A stretch of DNA of 42,084 nt from Bacteroidales bacterium (GCA_035389045.1 DAOORA010000035.1:1-42084), one strand, 5' to 3'. Shown: positions 9,861 through 19,880, counted from the first letter of the stretch. Notes: generated by a model from the sequence alone, not told the origin. Program-made: numbers and translations.

Positions 9861-10395
9861 AATCTTCCGGAAATTTTGCTACCCTGCCTTTATAAAACTG
9901 TTTGATAGTTTCGAAATCTTTTTCATAATTACCGCCTGGATAGATCACCACATCCGACACACAGCATACTTTTTCCTTATAATCCACATAGCATAGCACT
10001 ATTGGGATTTGGGCGGCTGTGGCAATGAAATAATATCCTTTTTTCCAGTGTTCGGTATATTTTCGGGTGCCCTCAGGCGTGATCACCAGGCAGAGGTTGG
10101 CGGAATTTTTAAATACATCAACAACATGCCTGGCCACATTGCTCCCATGTTCACGGTCAACAGGAATGCCGCCTATCCACATCAGAAAATGCCTGATCGG
10201 GAAGTGGAAATATTCTTTTTTGATGAGGAAATTTACTTTGAGCTTATAAGCATAGGCCGAAAGTCTTCCGATGGGAAAGTCCCAGAAACTGGTGTGAGGC
10301 GCCACAAGCAGTATGCAGTTGCCGATGTTGGCGGGCATACGGTAAACCGGTTTCCATCCAAAAAGTTTTAATATAAAACGGGATAATCGGCTCAT
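9847..10395 (-). CDS. 1-acyl-sn-glycerol-3-phosphate acyltransferase (PlsC) family protein
   Basis: PHTSFWD (HxxxxD), GGIPVDR and PEGTR motifs. Confidence 0.88.
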   Translation of the reverse strand: MSRLSRFILKLFGWKPVYRMPANIGNCILLVAPHTSFWDFPIGRLSAYAYKLKVNFLIKKEYFHFPIRHFLMWIGGIPVDREHGSNVARHVVDVFKNSANLCLVITPEGTRKYTEHWKKGYYFIATAAQIPIVLCYVDYKEKVCCVSDVVIYPGGNYEKDFETIKQFYKGRVAKFPEDFNLS

Positions 10396-10468
10396 GAATT
10401 ATTGATTCTGATCACGGATGCCCGGAAAAAAAACAGTTTTTTTCTGCTATGGCAAAATTCCCGGACTG

Positions 10469-10505
10469 CAAAGTTAACAAAAAAAACAAAAATTTAGTAC
10501 TTTTG
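10469..10505. promoter_or_regulatory. Back-to-back divergent -7 promoter elements (acyltransferase gene / lepA)
   Basis: TAACTTTG on minus (10469-10476) and TACTTTTG on plus (10498-10505). Confidence 0.6.
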
Positions 10506-10510
10506 CAGCG

Positions 10511-12298
10511 ATGAAAAATATCCGAAACTTTTGTATTATTGCACATATCGACCACGGTAAAAGCACTTTAGCCGACCGTATGCTTGAAATTACCGGTACC
10601 GTTTCTGCGCGTGATTTTCAGAACCAGGTACTGGATGATATGGACCTGGAGCGGGAACGGGGCATTACCATTAAAAGCCATGCCATTCAGATGATATATA
10701 ATTTTGATGGGCAGTCCTATTGTATGAACCTGATTGATACACCCGGCCATGTGGATTTTTCTTACGAAGTTTCGCGTTCTATAGCGGCCTGTGAAGGCGC
10801 CCTGCTGGTGATCGATGCCACCCAGGGCATACAGGCACAGACGATTTCTAATTTATATCAGGCGCTGGATCACGGGTTGGAGATCATCCCTGTGCTGAAT
10901 AAGATGGATGTGGAAAGCGCTATGCCCGAAGATGTTAAAGACCAGATTGTCGACCTGATCGGCTGCAGACGCGAAGAAATTATCGAAGCCAGCGCCAGGA
11001 CAGGACTGGGCATCAACGAAATTCTTGAAGGCATCATCAAAAGGATACCCTGTCCTGATGGTGATTCTGATAAACCATTGCAGGCGCTGATCTTCGATTC
11101 GGTCTTTAACTCATACCGGGGGATCATTGCCTATTTCAGGATTTTTAACGGCGTGATGCGGCGTAATGATTTTGTCAAATTTTTTGCCACCAACCATGAA
11201 TACCATGCGGATGAGATCGGCATACTGAAACTCGATTTTCAACCACGCGAAGTAATGTATGCCGGCGAGGTGGGATATATTATCTCCGGGATAAAATCCG
11301 CCAAAGAGGTAAAAGTAGGCGACACCATCACTCATGTCCAGCGTCCCTGCGAACAGACTGTTGCGGGCTTTCAGGATGTAAAGCCCATGGTTTTTGCCGG
11401 CGTATATCCTGTAGATGCTGATGAGTATGAGGAATTGCGCACTTCGCTCGAAAAACTACAGTTGAACGATGCCTCGCTGCATTTTGAGCCGGAATCGTCT
11501 GCCGCGCTGGGATTTGGATTCCGCTGCGGTTTTCTGGGACTGCTGCACATGGAAATTGTCCAGGAAAGGCTTTACCGCGAATTTGATATGGATGTCATTA
11601 CAACAGTTCCCAATGTTTCATTTAAAGTCTTTACTACCAAAGGCGAAGAAATTGACGTCCATAACCCGTCGGGATTGCCCGCCGTGTCCAATATTGACTA
11701 CATCGAGGAACCCTATATCGTTGCACAGGTGATCTCCAAGTCGGAATATACCGGGCAGATCATGACCTTGTGCATCGAAAAACGAGGTGTTCTGAAAAAC
11801 CAGGTTTATCTGACCAGCGACAGGGTTGAGCTTACGTTTGAAATGCCGCTGAGCGAGATCGTATTTGATTTTTACGACAAACTCAAGAGTATTTCACGCG
11901 GATATGCTTCTTTTGATTACCATATTATCGGGAACAAACAAGCCCACCTGGTGAGGCTCGACATTCTCCTCAACGGTGAAATGGTGGATGCTCTGTCGAC
12001 ACTGATACATCGTGATTATGCCTATGATTTCGGAAGAAAAATGTGCGAAAAGCTTCAGGACCTGATCCCCAGGCAGCAATACGAAGTGGCTATTCAGGCC
12101 GCTATCGGAGCCAAGATCATTGCCAGGGAAACCATAAGGCCGGTGCGTAAAGATGTCACCGCCAAATGTTATGGGGGCGACATCACACGTAAACGCAAAC
12201 TGCTTGAAAAACAGAAGAAAGGGAAAAAACGCATGAGGCAGATCGGAAATGTTGAAGTGCCACAGTCCGCCTTCCTGGCCGTATTAAAACTCGGATGA
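10511..12298 (+). CDS. lepA: Elongation factor 4 (LepA)
   Basis: [45 protein letters not shown]. Confidence 0.98.
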   Translation: MKNIRNFCIIAHIDHGKSTLADRMLEITGTVSARDFQNQVLDDMDLERERGITIKSHAIQMIYNFDGQSYCMNLIDTPGHVDFSYEVSRSIAACEGALLVIDATQGIQAQTISNLYQALDHGLEIIPVLNKMDVESAMPEDVKDQIVDLIGCRREEIIEASARTGLGINEILEGIIKRIPCPDGDSDKPLQALIFDSVFNSYRGIIAYFRIFNGVMRRNDFVKFFATNHEYHADEIGILKLDFQPREVMYAGEVGYIISGIKSAKEVKVGDTITHVQRPCEQTVAGFQDVKPMVFAGVYPVDADEYEELRTSLEKLQLNDASLHFEPESSAALGFGFRCGFLGLLHMEIVQERLYREFDMDVITTVPNVSFKVFTTKGEEIDVHNPSGLPAVSNIDYIEEPYIVAQVISKSEYTGQIMTLCIEKRGVLKNQVYLTSDRVELTFEMPLSEIVFDFYDKLKSISRGYASFDYHIIGNKQAHLVRLDILLNGEMVDALSTLIHRDYAYDFGRKMCEKLQDLIPRQQYEVAIQAAIGAKIIARETIRPVRKDVTAKCYGGDITRKRKLLEKQKKGKKRMRQIGNVEVPQSAFLAVLKLG

Positions 12299-12329
12299 TA
12301 ATTTATTTTTTTATGTTGTTCAGAATTAA

Positions 12330-12337
12330 TAAATTTG
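12330..12337 (+). promoter_or_regulatory. -7 promoter element TAAATTTG
   Basis: TAnnTTTG upstream of the YebC-family gene. Confidence 0.55.
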
Positions 12338-12372
12338 CATGTTAAACAGAATAATCAATAAACAAACAGTAT

Positions 12373-13113
12373 ATGTCAGGACATAATAAATGGTCGACCA
12401 TCAAACGTAAAAAAGGAGCCCTCGACTCCAAAAGGTCGAAGATATTTTCGAGGATCATTAAAGAAATTAATATTGCCGTAAAAGAAGGCGGCCCCGACCC
12501 GGACGGAAATCCCAAACTGCGCCTGGCCATTGCTAATGCCAAAGGCGCCAACATGCCGAAAGACAATGTGCAGCGGGCCATCAATAAAGCATCCGACAAA
12601 GATGCTTCGACGTATTCGGAAGTTACCTACGAAGGCTATGCGCCCAACGGAATCGCCATCTTTATTGAATGTGCCACCGACAACGTGCAGCGTACCGTTT
12701 CTAACATACGTTCGTATTTCAACAAACATGGCGGAAACTTAGGCACCAATGGGTCGTTGAGTTTTATTTTTGACCGCAAGGGTATTTTCCGCCTGCCCAA
12801 GGGAAACATCAATACCGAGGAATTTGAAATGGAAGTGATCGACGCCGGCGCTGAAGATATTGATTACGAAGAAGATACAATAGTAATTACCACGTCCTTT
12901 GAAAACTTCGGATCGATGCAGAAAAAACTTGAAGAAATGAAGATTGATGTGGAAAGCGCCGAACTGCAGCGCATACCCAAAACCACCACAGCCCTCGATA
13001 AGGATTCTTCCGAAAAAGTGCTCCGGCTTGTAGACGTTTTTGAAGACGACGACGACGTTCAGAATGTATTTCATAATCTTGAACTTACCGATGAACTGAT
13101 GGAAGAATTATAA
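12373..13113 (+). CDS. yebC: YebC/PmpR family protein
   Basis: MSGHNKWSTIKRKKG, YEGYAPNG, DDDDVQNVFHN. Confidence 0.95.
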   Translation: MSGHNKWSTIKRKKGALDSKRSKIFSRIIKEINIAVKEGGPDPDGNPKLRLAIANAKGANMPKDNVQRAINKASDKDASTYSEVTYEGYAPNGIAIFIECATDNVQRTVSNIRSYFNKHGGNLGTNGSLSFIFDRKGIFRLPKGNINTEEFEMEVIDAGAEDIDYEEDTIVITTSFENFGSMQKKLEEMKIDVESAELQRIPKTTTALDKDSSEKVLRLVDVFEDDDDVQNVFHNLELTDELMEEL

Positions 13114-13134
13114 ATATCTTAGCAGGAATGATTT

Positions 13135-13170
13135 AAAAAAAAGCCTCCTTACATTTACGGAGGTTTTTTT
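13135..13170 (+). terminator. Rho-independent terminator
   Basis: AAAAAAGCCTCC...GGAGGTTTTTTT. Confidence 0.75.
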
Positions 13171-13225
13171 ATTTAATGTAGAAAAATATGTTTATTTTCG
13201 GTAACAAATTAATAATGTGCACTAT

Positions 13226-13744
13226 ATGAAAAAAAACTTCTTTATCATCATGTTTTTTTTGGGCGGTTTAGGCATCCTTTCCGGGCAGGAAACCTGTCAG
13301 CGGGTTTTCGATGAAAAAAGTCAGACGGATATACTTTTTGGCACATGCTCCCGCGAAGCCTTGCTTAGCTGTGCTTTTGCAGAAGACTATACTATTGAAT
13401 ATCAGTCGTATCAACCCAATGATACGGTGCTTGGGAGGTTAAAACAACTGGTATCAGGAGTTAAATGTGTGATAGTCCTCGGAACATGGTGTGGCGACAG
13501 TAAGGAACAGGTTCCTCGATTTCTGAAAATTATCGACCAGACGGGTAAAAGTTTTGATAAACTTGAGATTGTCTGCGTCGACCGTAAAAAAGAAGCTCCG
13601 GGCACCGATGTTAAAACCATTTATAGTATCGAAAAAGTGCCTACCTTCATTTTTTACAGGAATGACACAGAGGCCGGCAGGATCATCGAAACACCCCGCG
13701 TAACGCTTGAAAAAGATATGCTGGAAATTATATCACTGAAATAA
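13226..13744 (+). CDS. Exported thioredoxin-family protein (CxxS-type)
   Basis: Signal peptide MKKNF...; LGTWCGDS, VPTFIF, GRIIETP; ATG 13226 preferred over GTG 13217. Confidence 0.85.
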   Translation: MKKNFFIIMFFLGGLGILSGQETCQRVFDEKSQTDILFGTCSREALLSCAFAEDYTIEYQSYQPNDTVLGRLKQLVSGVKCVIVLGTWCGDSKEQVPRFLKIIDQTGKSFDKLEIVCVDRKKEAPGTDVKTIYSIEKVPTFIFYRNDTEAGRIIETPRVTLEKDMLEIISLK

Positions 13745-13816
13745 AAAGGAAGATAACATTGGCTGAAACCGGAAAACTTTTTGTATGTTGTAACATAATC
13801 AGCTAAGGATCATTTG

Positions 13817-15139
13817 ATGGCAGGCATCGGCAAACTGAATCTCGATACACGCGAAAAACGCACTTTCCGCATACATTTTACCTATTCGGTTATCGAAGGT
13901 ATTATACTCGGCGTGCTTGCTATCAACGAATTTGTTTTTCTGAAGAGCCTTGGCGGCAGCGATATAGGTGTCAGCGTACTGTTCCAGTTCAGCGTTTTTG
14001 TGCTCACATTTTCAGTGCTGCTCAACGAATGGACACAACGGATAAAGAAAGTAAAGACTTTTTTGATTGTGCTGGGCATCCTTACCCGTTTTCCCTTGTT
14101 TTTACTGTTGTTTTTTCCTGCCGGTGTTTCCGGTTTAACTAATAATAGTAGTTATCATTATGTGTTTCTGGGGATATTTTTGATTTATTATTTTGCCAAT
14201 CCCATAATTTATCCGGTCATCAACCAGTTTCTGAAAACCAGTTATTTCCACAAAAATTTCAGCGTCCTGTACAGTTGGTCAACTATGGCCAACAAAATTG
14301 TCATGTTGCTGGTCACCTTTGTTTTCGGGTGGCTGCTCGATCTCGACCGCGATGCATACCGTTATGTGTTTCCTGTTGTTTCGGCGCTGGGTATTACCTC
14401 TGTATGGTTGCTGGCGCAGCTGGCCGGTAATGATGCCCTGGTGGAAAGGAGGGATATTCCGTTACTAAAATCTTTAAAGCTGACCCTGACCAATATGCGG
14501 GAGAAAATGCGTTCCAACAGGCCTTTCCGTGACTTTCAGGCGGGATTTATGTTCTATGGTTTTGCTTTTATGGGTACCGTATCAGTGATCGCCATCTTTT
14601 TTCAGAAGGAGCTGGACTTGAATTATTCCAGTGTGGCTTTTTATAAAAATTCTTACAATATACTGGCTATCATTCTGTTGCCCCTGTTCGGAAGGCTGCT
14701 CGGCAGGATAGACCCTCGACGGTTTGCCGCGCTGACGTTTGCCTCTTTGTTGTTTTATCTGTTGTTTATTGCGCTTACCGCCTATGCGCCGTGGTTTGTA
14801 TGGATAAAAGGCATTAAGTTGTATTATACTCTGGCGCTGGCCATGGTGTTCAATGGTGTTTTTGCAGCTACCATGGGACTGCTGTGGAGTATAGGCTCGG
14901 CCTATTTTTGCCCCGAAAAAGAAGTGGCCGAATACCACGCCATACATCTTACCCTTACAGGATTCCGTTCCTTTTTTGCCCCGGTGCTGGGCCTGGGCAT
15001 TTATCTGCTAATTGGCTTCACCGCTACCTTTGTCACAGGAATTCTGCTGTTGTTCGCAGCCGTTTTTATTTCGTTAAAGTCCTATAAAAAATATCAACTC
15101 AGGCGGGAAACACCGGCGAAAGAAATAACCCGAACCTAA
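13817..15139 (+). CDS. MFS transporter
   Basis: About 12 TM helices in two halves; GRLLGRIDPRR loop motif. Confidence 0.75.
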   Translation: MAGIGKLNLDTREKRTFRIHFTYSVIEGIILGVLAINEFVFLKSLGGSDIGVSVLFQFSVFVLTFSVLLNEWTQRIKKVKTFLIVLGILTRFPLFLLLFFPAGVSGLTNNSSYHYVFLGIFLIYYFANPIIYPVINQFLKTSYFHKNFSVLYSWSTMANKIVMLLVTFVFGWLLDLDRDAYRYVFPVVSALGITSVWLLAQLAGNDALVERRDIPLLKSLKLTLTNMREKMRSNRPFRDFQAGFMFYGFAFMGTVSVIAIFFQKELDLNYSSVAFYKNSYNILAIILLPLFGRLLGRIDPRRFAALTFASLLFYLLFIALTAYAPWFVWIKGIKLYYTLALAMVFNGVFAATMGLLWSIGSAYFCPEKEVAEYHAIHLTLTGFRSFFAPVLGLGIYLLIGFTATFVTGILLLFAAVFISLKSYKKYQLRRETPAKEITRT

Positions 15140-15302
15140 AACGGTACCGTTGTTTTGCTAACCGATTACTAATCAATAATACGGTTGGGAGGGCATATGG
15201 TCAGTAACATTCCGTCCGGCAGTTCATGAAACATAAATTTCTCATCTGTTGAACATCACGTATCAAGCCTGGAGAGGCATAGAAACCAGTGTCTGCTATT
15301 GG

Positions 15303-15909
15303 ATTTTCTTGAAAATTTCTTTTTGTTTTTCTTCAAAACCAGTTGTGTGAAGTTTGCAACTTCGCACCCCAGTTGTGCGAAGTTTGCAACTTCGCACCTA
15401 ATAAAAGTTAGTCTGTGACTAACACGATTATATCCCAAAATAAGTTTACCATCATTCAAAACCGTAAATCGTTACTTTATTTTTTTGAAAATTTCTTTTT
15501 GTTTTTCTTCAAAACCAGTTGTGCGAAGTTTGCAACTTCGCACCTAATAAAAGTTAGTCTTTGACTAACACGATTATATCCAAAATAAGTTTACCATCAT
15601 TCAAAACCGAAAATTTCTACTTTATTTTCTTGAAAATTTCTTTTTGTTTTTCTTCAAAACCCGGCTTGCCTAATAGTGCAAACATATTGTTTTTGTAAGC
15701 TTCTACACCGGGCTGGTCGAAGGGATTTACTTCAAGCATGTACCCGCTCACACCACAGGCAAACTCAAAGAAATAGATCATCTCGCCGAGAGTGAACTCA
15801 TTGAGTCCAGTTGTGCGAAGTTTGCAACTTCGCACCTAATAAAAGTTAGTCTGTGACTAACACGATTATATCCCAAAATAAGTTTACCATCATTCAAAAC
15901 CGAAAATTT
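15303..15909. repeat. Nested tandem duplications anchored on the 30-bp hairpin CCAGTTGTGCGAAGTTTGCAACTTCGCACC
   Basis: Hairpin copies at 15339, 15369, 15515 and 15807; pgi-tail copies at 15303-15338, 15472-15514 and 15617-15806. Confidence 0.92.
15617..15806 (-). pseudogene. Duplicated last 190 bp of pgi
   Basis: Matches 15910-16099 except the cluster GAA CTA -> GAG ATG. Confidence 0.9.
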
Positions 15910-17253
15910 CTACTTTATTTTCTTGAAAATTTCTTTTTGTTTTTCTTCAAAACCCGGCTTGCCTAATAGTGCAAACATATTGTTTTTGTAAGCTTCTACA
16001 CCGGGCTGGTCGAAGGGATTTACTTCAAGCATGTACCCGCTCACACCACAGGCAAACTCAAAGAAATAGATTAGTTCGCCGAGAGTGAACTCATTGAGTT
16101 CTGGAATACTGATAGTAATCACCGGTGTACCGCCATCGTTGTGGGCTATGGCCGTGCCTGTTGCTGCCATTTTATTTACTTCGCTGATACGTTTTCCGGC
16201 AAGGTAGTTCAGACCGTCGGCATCATCCTGTTCTACGGGAACTGTCAGGTTACGGCCGGGTTTTTCCACCAGAAGCATCGTTTCGAACAAGACGCGCAGC
16301 CCGTCCTGTATATATTGCCCCATAGAATGCAGATCGGTGCTGAAACTGGCTCCCGCTGGGAATATTCCTTTATGTTCTTTGCCTTCGCTTTCGCCGTAAA
16401 GCTGTTTCCACCATTCGGTCATATAAAAAAGCCCCGGATGGAAATTAACCAGCATTTCGATGGGTTTGTCGCTACGGTAAAGTGCATTTCGTGCTGCGGC
16501 ATACAGGCAGGCGGGATTTTCTGCCAGAGCAGACGACTTAAATAATTCCTGCTGCATGGAGGCCGCACCTTCCAGCAGTTTTTGGATGTCGACTCCGGCC
16601 ACTGCAACCGGCAGAAGTCCCACAGCGGTCAGCACAGAGAATCTGCCGCCCACATCATCGGGAATGACGAATCTCGAATATCCTTCTTTATCTGCCAGTT
16701 CTTTCAGCGCTCCTCTGCTTTTATCGGTGATCGCTATGATCCGTTTCCGGGCATTATCATTCCCGTATTTGTTTTCCATATGTTTTTTTAACAAACGAAA
16801 GGCCAGGGCGGGTTCGGTGGTTGTTCCCGATTTGGAGATCACGATGATGCTGTACTCTTTGTTGTTGAGGAACTGTATCAGGTCGTGCAAATATTCTTCA
16901 CTGATATTATGGCCTGCATAAATTATTTCCGGGCGGCCCTGCTGATGTTCTTCAAAGGGGTTGCGGAGCGCCTCAATGATTGCCCTGGCCCCGAGATACG
17001 ATCCTCCGATACCGATAACGACAACAACTTCCGACAACTTCTTCAGTCTGTCAGCTTCATAGGCAATGCTGCCGGCCATTGGTGAGTCCAGAGTTTCAGC
17101 AGGCAGGTTCAGCCACCCCAGATAATCATTGCCTTTTCCTTGTTTTTCAATTAATTCACGATAGTGAATATCTATTTCTGCCTGAAGTGCATTTATTTTT
17201 TTACGGTCGGCAAAATCGTAAATCCTGTCTACATTTATTTTAAGGTTTGTCAT
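15910..17253 (-). CDS. pgi: Glucose-6-phosphate isomerase
   Basis: [49 protein letters not shown]. Confidence 0.98.
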   Translation of the reverse strand: MTNLKINVDRIYDFADRKKINALQAEIDIHYRELIEKQGKGNDYLGWLNLPAETLDSPMAGSIAYEADRLKKLSEVVVVIGIGGSYLGARAIIEALRNPFEEHQQGRPEIIYAGHNISEEYLHDLIQFLNNKEYSIIVISKSGTTTEPALAFRLLKKHMENKYGNDNARKRIIAITDKSRGALKELADKEGYSRFVIPDDVGGRFSVLTAVGLLPVAVAGVDIQKLLEGAASMQQELFKSSALAENPACLYAAARNALYRSDKPIEMLVNFHPGLFYMTEWWKQLYGESEGKEHKGIFPAGASFSTDLHSMGQYIQDGLRVLFETMLLVEKPGRNLTVPVEQDDADGLNYLAGKRISEVNKMAATGTAIAHNDGGTPVITISIPELNEFTLGELIYFFEFACGVSGYMLEVNPFDQPGVEAYKNNMFALLGKPGFEEKQKEIFKKIK

Positions 17254-17292
17254 AAATTTTATAATTTTGGTGTGAAATTATAAAAATAAAAT

Positions 17293-17320
17293 AAAAAAGA
17301 GCGGAACCATCCGCTCTTTT
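17293..17320. terminator. Terminator hairpin (T-rich on both strands)
   Basis: AAAAAAGAGCGGAACCATCCGCTCTTTT. Confidence 0.75.
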
Positions 17321-17400
17321 CAAAATCAATAACCAATTATTAAAAATCCAAAATCTATTATGATAACCAAAAAAAGTAATGAAAAACAATCAATTTTTTA
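17293..17400 (-). ncRNA. Candidate small RNA (~105 nt, U-rich) ending in a strong terminator
   Basis: Promoter-like TAATTTTACACC at 17414-17403, U-rich non-coding body, perfect GAGCGGA/TCCGCTC hairpin plus T6. Confidence 0.5.
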
Positions 17401-17436
17401 ATGGTGTAAAATTACAAAACAACAAGGCTTGTGGCT

Positions 17437-17472
17437 GTTAATATAGGTTAATAATAGTTAATAATTGTTAAA
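17437..17472. promoter_or_regulatory. Four GTTAA(TA) direct repeats at 10-bp spacing; candidate OmpR-family (RprY) operator
   Basis: GTTAA at 17437, 17447, 17457 and 17467, just upstream of the kinase/regulator operon. Confidence 0.55.
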
Positions 17473-17496
17473 TGACGGTATTGCCTGATCTAACTA

Positions 17497-19149
17497 ATGA
17501 ATAAAAAAATTATATATATCATTATTATTTTAATGTCGATTACCGTAGTCGTATTATTTGCCATACAGTTTTACTGGATGCAGAATGCGCTTGCCATGAG
17601 GGAGGCAAATTTTACCAGGAATGTCAACGACGCCATGTCGAACGTGGTTTATAAGCTGGAAAAGCTCGAAGTGGCCGGCAAGATAAGAGCCAAATTGTAT
17701 AAAAACAAACAGGGAAAACAGATTCTGCGCACTATAGATTCCATCAACAGTATTTATGCAAAGGAAATAGAGGCCAGCAGGGCCGAAAGCAATGCATCAG
17801 ATTCGGATGCTGTTTCGAAAAATATTTTCAATGTCACCAGCGAGAAAATAAATGTTACGGTACTACAGGAACATACGGGGGAGATCATCAAAACCTATGA
17901 TACCACCATCGTTAGTATTCAGAAACGGTTAAGTTCTTCAAACCCCTCATCTTCAGTGCTTTCCGATATGCCTGCTATTTCGTATGGCATCGACAGCCTG
18001 TTGTCCGGGGAACTTCAGCATGTAAAATCCAACATCAATAATTATCTGAACAAAACCGAACTGGTAAACGATGTTTTTAATGATTTTTTCAACCTGAAAC
18101 ACTACGATGCCATCGAAAACCGGCTGAATTTTATCCTGCTTGATTCGCTGATCAGGCATGAGCTGAGGAACAGCGGTATTTATACCGAATATGAATTCGG
18201 CGTTTATAGCCCCTTGCGGAATGTTATGGTCATTGAAAAAACCGGACATTATCATAAAGAACTGCTCGAAGAAGGTTACGCCTATAATATTTTTCCACGC
18301 GATCTGTTTATGACGCCCGAATATATTATGATATATTTCCCCAGAAAAAATATGTACCTGTACAAACAAAACTGGGAACTGACCGCCGTTTCGATATTGC
18401 TGATCGTAATCATCATATTTTCATTTGTTTATAGCATTAATACGATATTTAAGCAGAAAAAGCTTTCTGAAATGAAAAACGATTTTATAAATAATATGAC
18501 TCATGAATTCAAAACGCCGATTTCCACTATTTCGCTCACGTGCGAGGCGCTGAACGATAAAGATGTGATAGGTTCCGGGGCGGGTGTCGGCAATTATATA
18601 AATATCATCAGTGAAGAAAACAAACGGCTGGGAGCGATGGCGGAGAAAATCCTTCAGACGGCCGTCATTGATAAAGGCCAGCTTCAACTGCATAAAGAAT
18701 TGATCGATATTCATACAATCATCGAAGATGTGATACACAGTTTTCAGATCCAGGTCGATGTGAAAAACGGGAGTATTTCCGGAAGCTTTCATGCCCAAAA
18801 TCATTACATCAGTGCCGACAAAACCCATATTACCAATGTTATCTATAATTTACTGGATAATGCGTTAAAATATACTCCTGTTACTCCCTGCATAATTATT
18901 TCCACGCAGAACATACTGAAAGGAATAAGCATCGTCATTTCGGATAATGGCATCGGTATATCAAAATCGAACCAGAAAAAGATTTTTGACAAACTGTACC
19001 GTGTGCCGACCGGTAATGTTCATAATGTTAAGGGTTTCGGACTGGGATTGCACTATGTAAAAACAATTATTGAAGCGCATGGAGGCAATATCAGCGTTGA
19101 AAGTGAATTGAAAAAAGGAACGAAAATTAAAATTTATCTGCCGTTTTAA
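17497..19149 (+). CDS. rprX: Sensor histidine kinase (RprX-like)
   Basis: Two TMs; H-box NMTHEFKTP, NLLDNALKY, DNGIGI, KGFGLGL. Confidence 0.85.
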   Translation: MNKKIIYIIIILMSITVVVLFAIQFYWMQNALAMREANFTRNVNDAMSNVVYKLEKLEVAGKIRAKLYKNKQGKQILRTIDSINSIYAKEIEASRAESNASDSDAVSKNIFNVTSEKINVTVLQEHTGEIIKTYDTTIVSIQKRLSSSNPSSSVLSDMPAISYGIDSLLSGELQHVKSNINNYLNKTELVNDVFNDFFNLKHYDAIENRLNFILLDSLIRHELRNSGIYTEYEFGVYSPLRNVMVIEKTGHYHKELLEEGYAYNIFPRDLFMTPEYIMIYFPRKNMYLYKQNWELTAVSILLIVIIIFSFVYSINTIFKQKKLSEMKNDFINNMTHEFKTPISTISLTCEALNDKDVIGSGAGVGNYINIISEENKRLGAMAEKILQTAVIDKGQLQLHKELIDIHTIIEDVIHSFQIQVDVKNGSISGSFHAQNHYISADKTHITNVIYNLLDNALKYTPVTPCIIISTQNILKGISIVISDNGIGISKSNQKKIFDKLYRVPTGNVHNVKGFGLGLHYVKTIIEAHGGNISVESELKKGTKIKIYLPF

Positions 19150-19169
19150 ACTGAAGAAAAACCATTGTT

Positions 19170-19880
19170 ATGATGACAAAAAATATTCATGTGCTTTTAG
19201 CTGAGGATGATAAAAATTTTGGTGAAATGCTCAGAACGTATCTCGAAGCCAAAGGCTATACCACAAAATTATGCACTGATGGTGAACAGGCGCTGGAGGA
19301 GTTTAATACAGGTATGTACCACTTCTGTATTTTTGATGTGATGATGCCCGTGAAAGATGGCTTTACGCTGGCCCGCGAGGTACGTAAAAAAGATAAAAAA
19401 ATACCCATATTATTTCTGACGGCACGTTCTCTTTCGGAAGATATCCTGAAAGGATTTCAGCTCGGCGCCGATGATTATATTACCAAGCCGTTCAACATGG
19501 AAGTGCTGCTCATGCGCATGAATGCCGTACTGAGAAGGGCCGGGAGCGCTTCGCGGCAGGGTGATCCCGGAAAAGCCTATCGACTTGGTAATTATATCTT
19601 TGACCATAACAGGCAGGTGCTGACCATAAATAATAAAGAGCAGAAACTGACTTCCAAGGAGTCGGAATTGCTGAAACTCTTGTGTGAAAATGCCAACAAC
19701 CTGCTCGACAGAGGTCAGGCACTCAGGGAGATATGGCACGACGACAGCTATTTTAATGCCCGCAGCATGGATGTTTACATCACCAAACTCCGCAAATACC
19801 TCCGCGAAGATGAGCGTGTCGGACTCCTCAACGTACATGGCACAGGATTTAAACTCGTTGGCAAAATTGAAATGGTCTGA
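19170..19880 (+). CDS. rprY: OmpR-family response regulator (RprY-like)
   Basis: AEDD, DVMMP, GADDYITKPF; wHTH YFNARSMDVYITKLRK typical of Bacteroidota RprY. Confidence 0.88.
   Translation: MMTKNIHVLLAEDDKNFGEMLRTYLEAKGYTTKLCTDGEQALEEFNTGMYHFCIFDVMMPVKDGFTLAREVRKKDKKIPILFLTARSLSEDILKGFQLGADDYITKPFNMEVLLMRMNAVLRRAGSASRQGDPGKAYRLGNYIFDHNRQVLTINNKEQKLTSKESELLKLLCENANNLLDRGQALREIWHDDSYFNARSMDVYITKLRKYLREDERVGLLNVHGTGFKLVGKIEMV

Noticed and set aside
15256..15459. 67-aa ORF with a CEVANF repeat
   Set aside because: It is a translation of the tandem hairpin and the out-of-frame pgi tail.
15617..15806. DGR template repeat or prophage att duplication for pgi
   Set aside because: The three substitutions are not consistently adenine-specific in either direction, and there is no reverse transcriptase, integrase or cargo.
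15339..15836. CRISPR array (30-bp palindromic repeat, 4 copies)
   Set aside because: The intervening sequences are 0, 116 and 262 bp long and are copies of each other and of pgi, not unique spacers; no cas genes.
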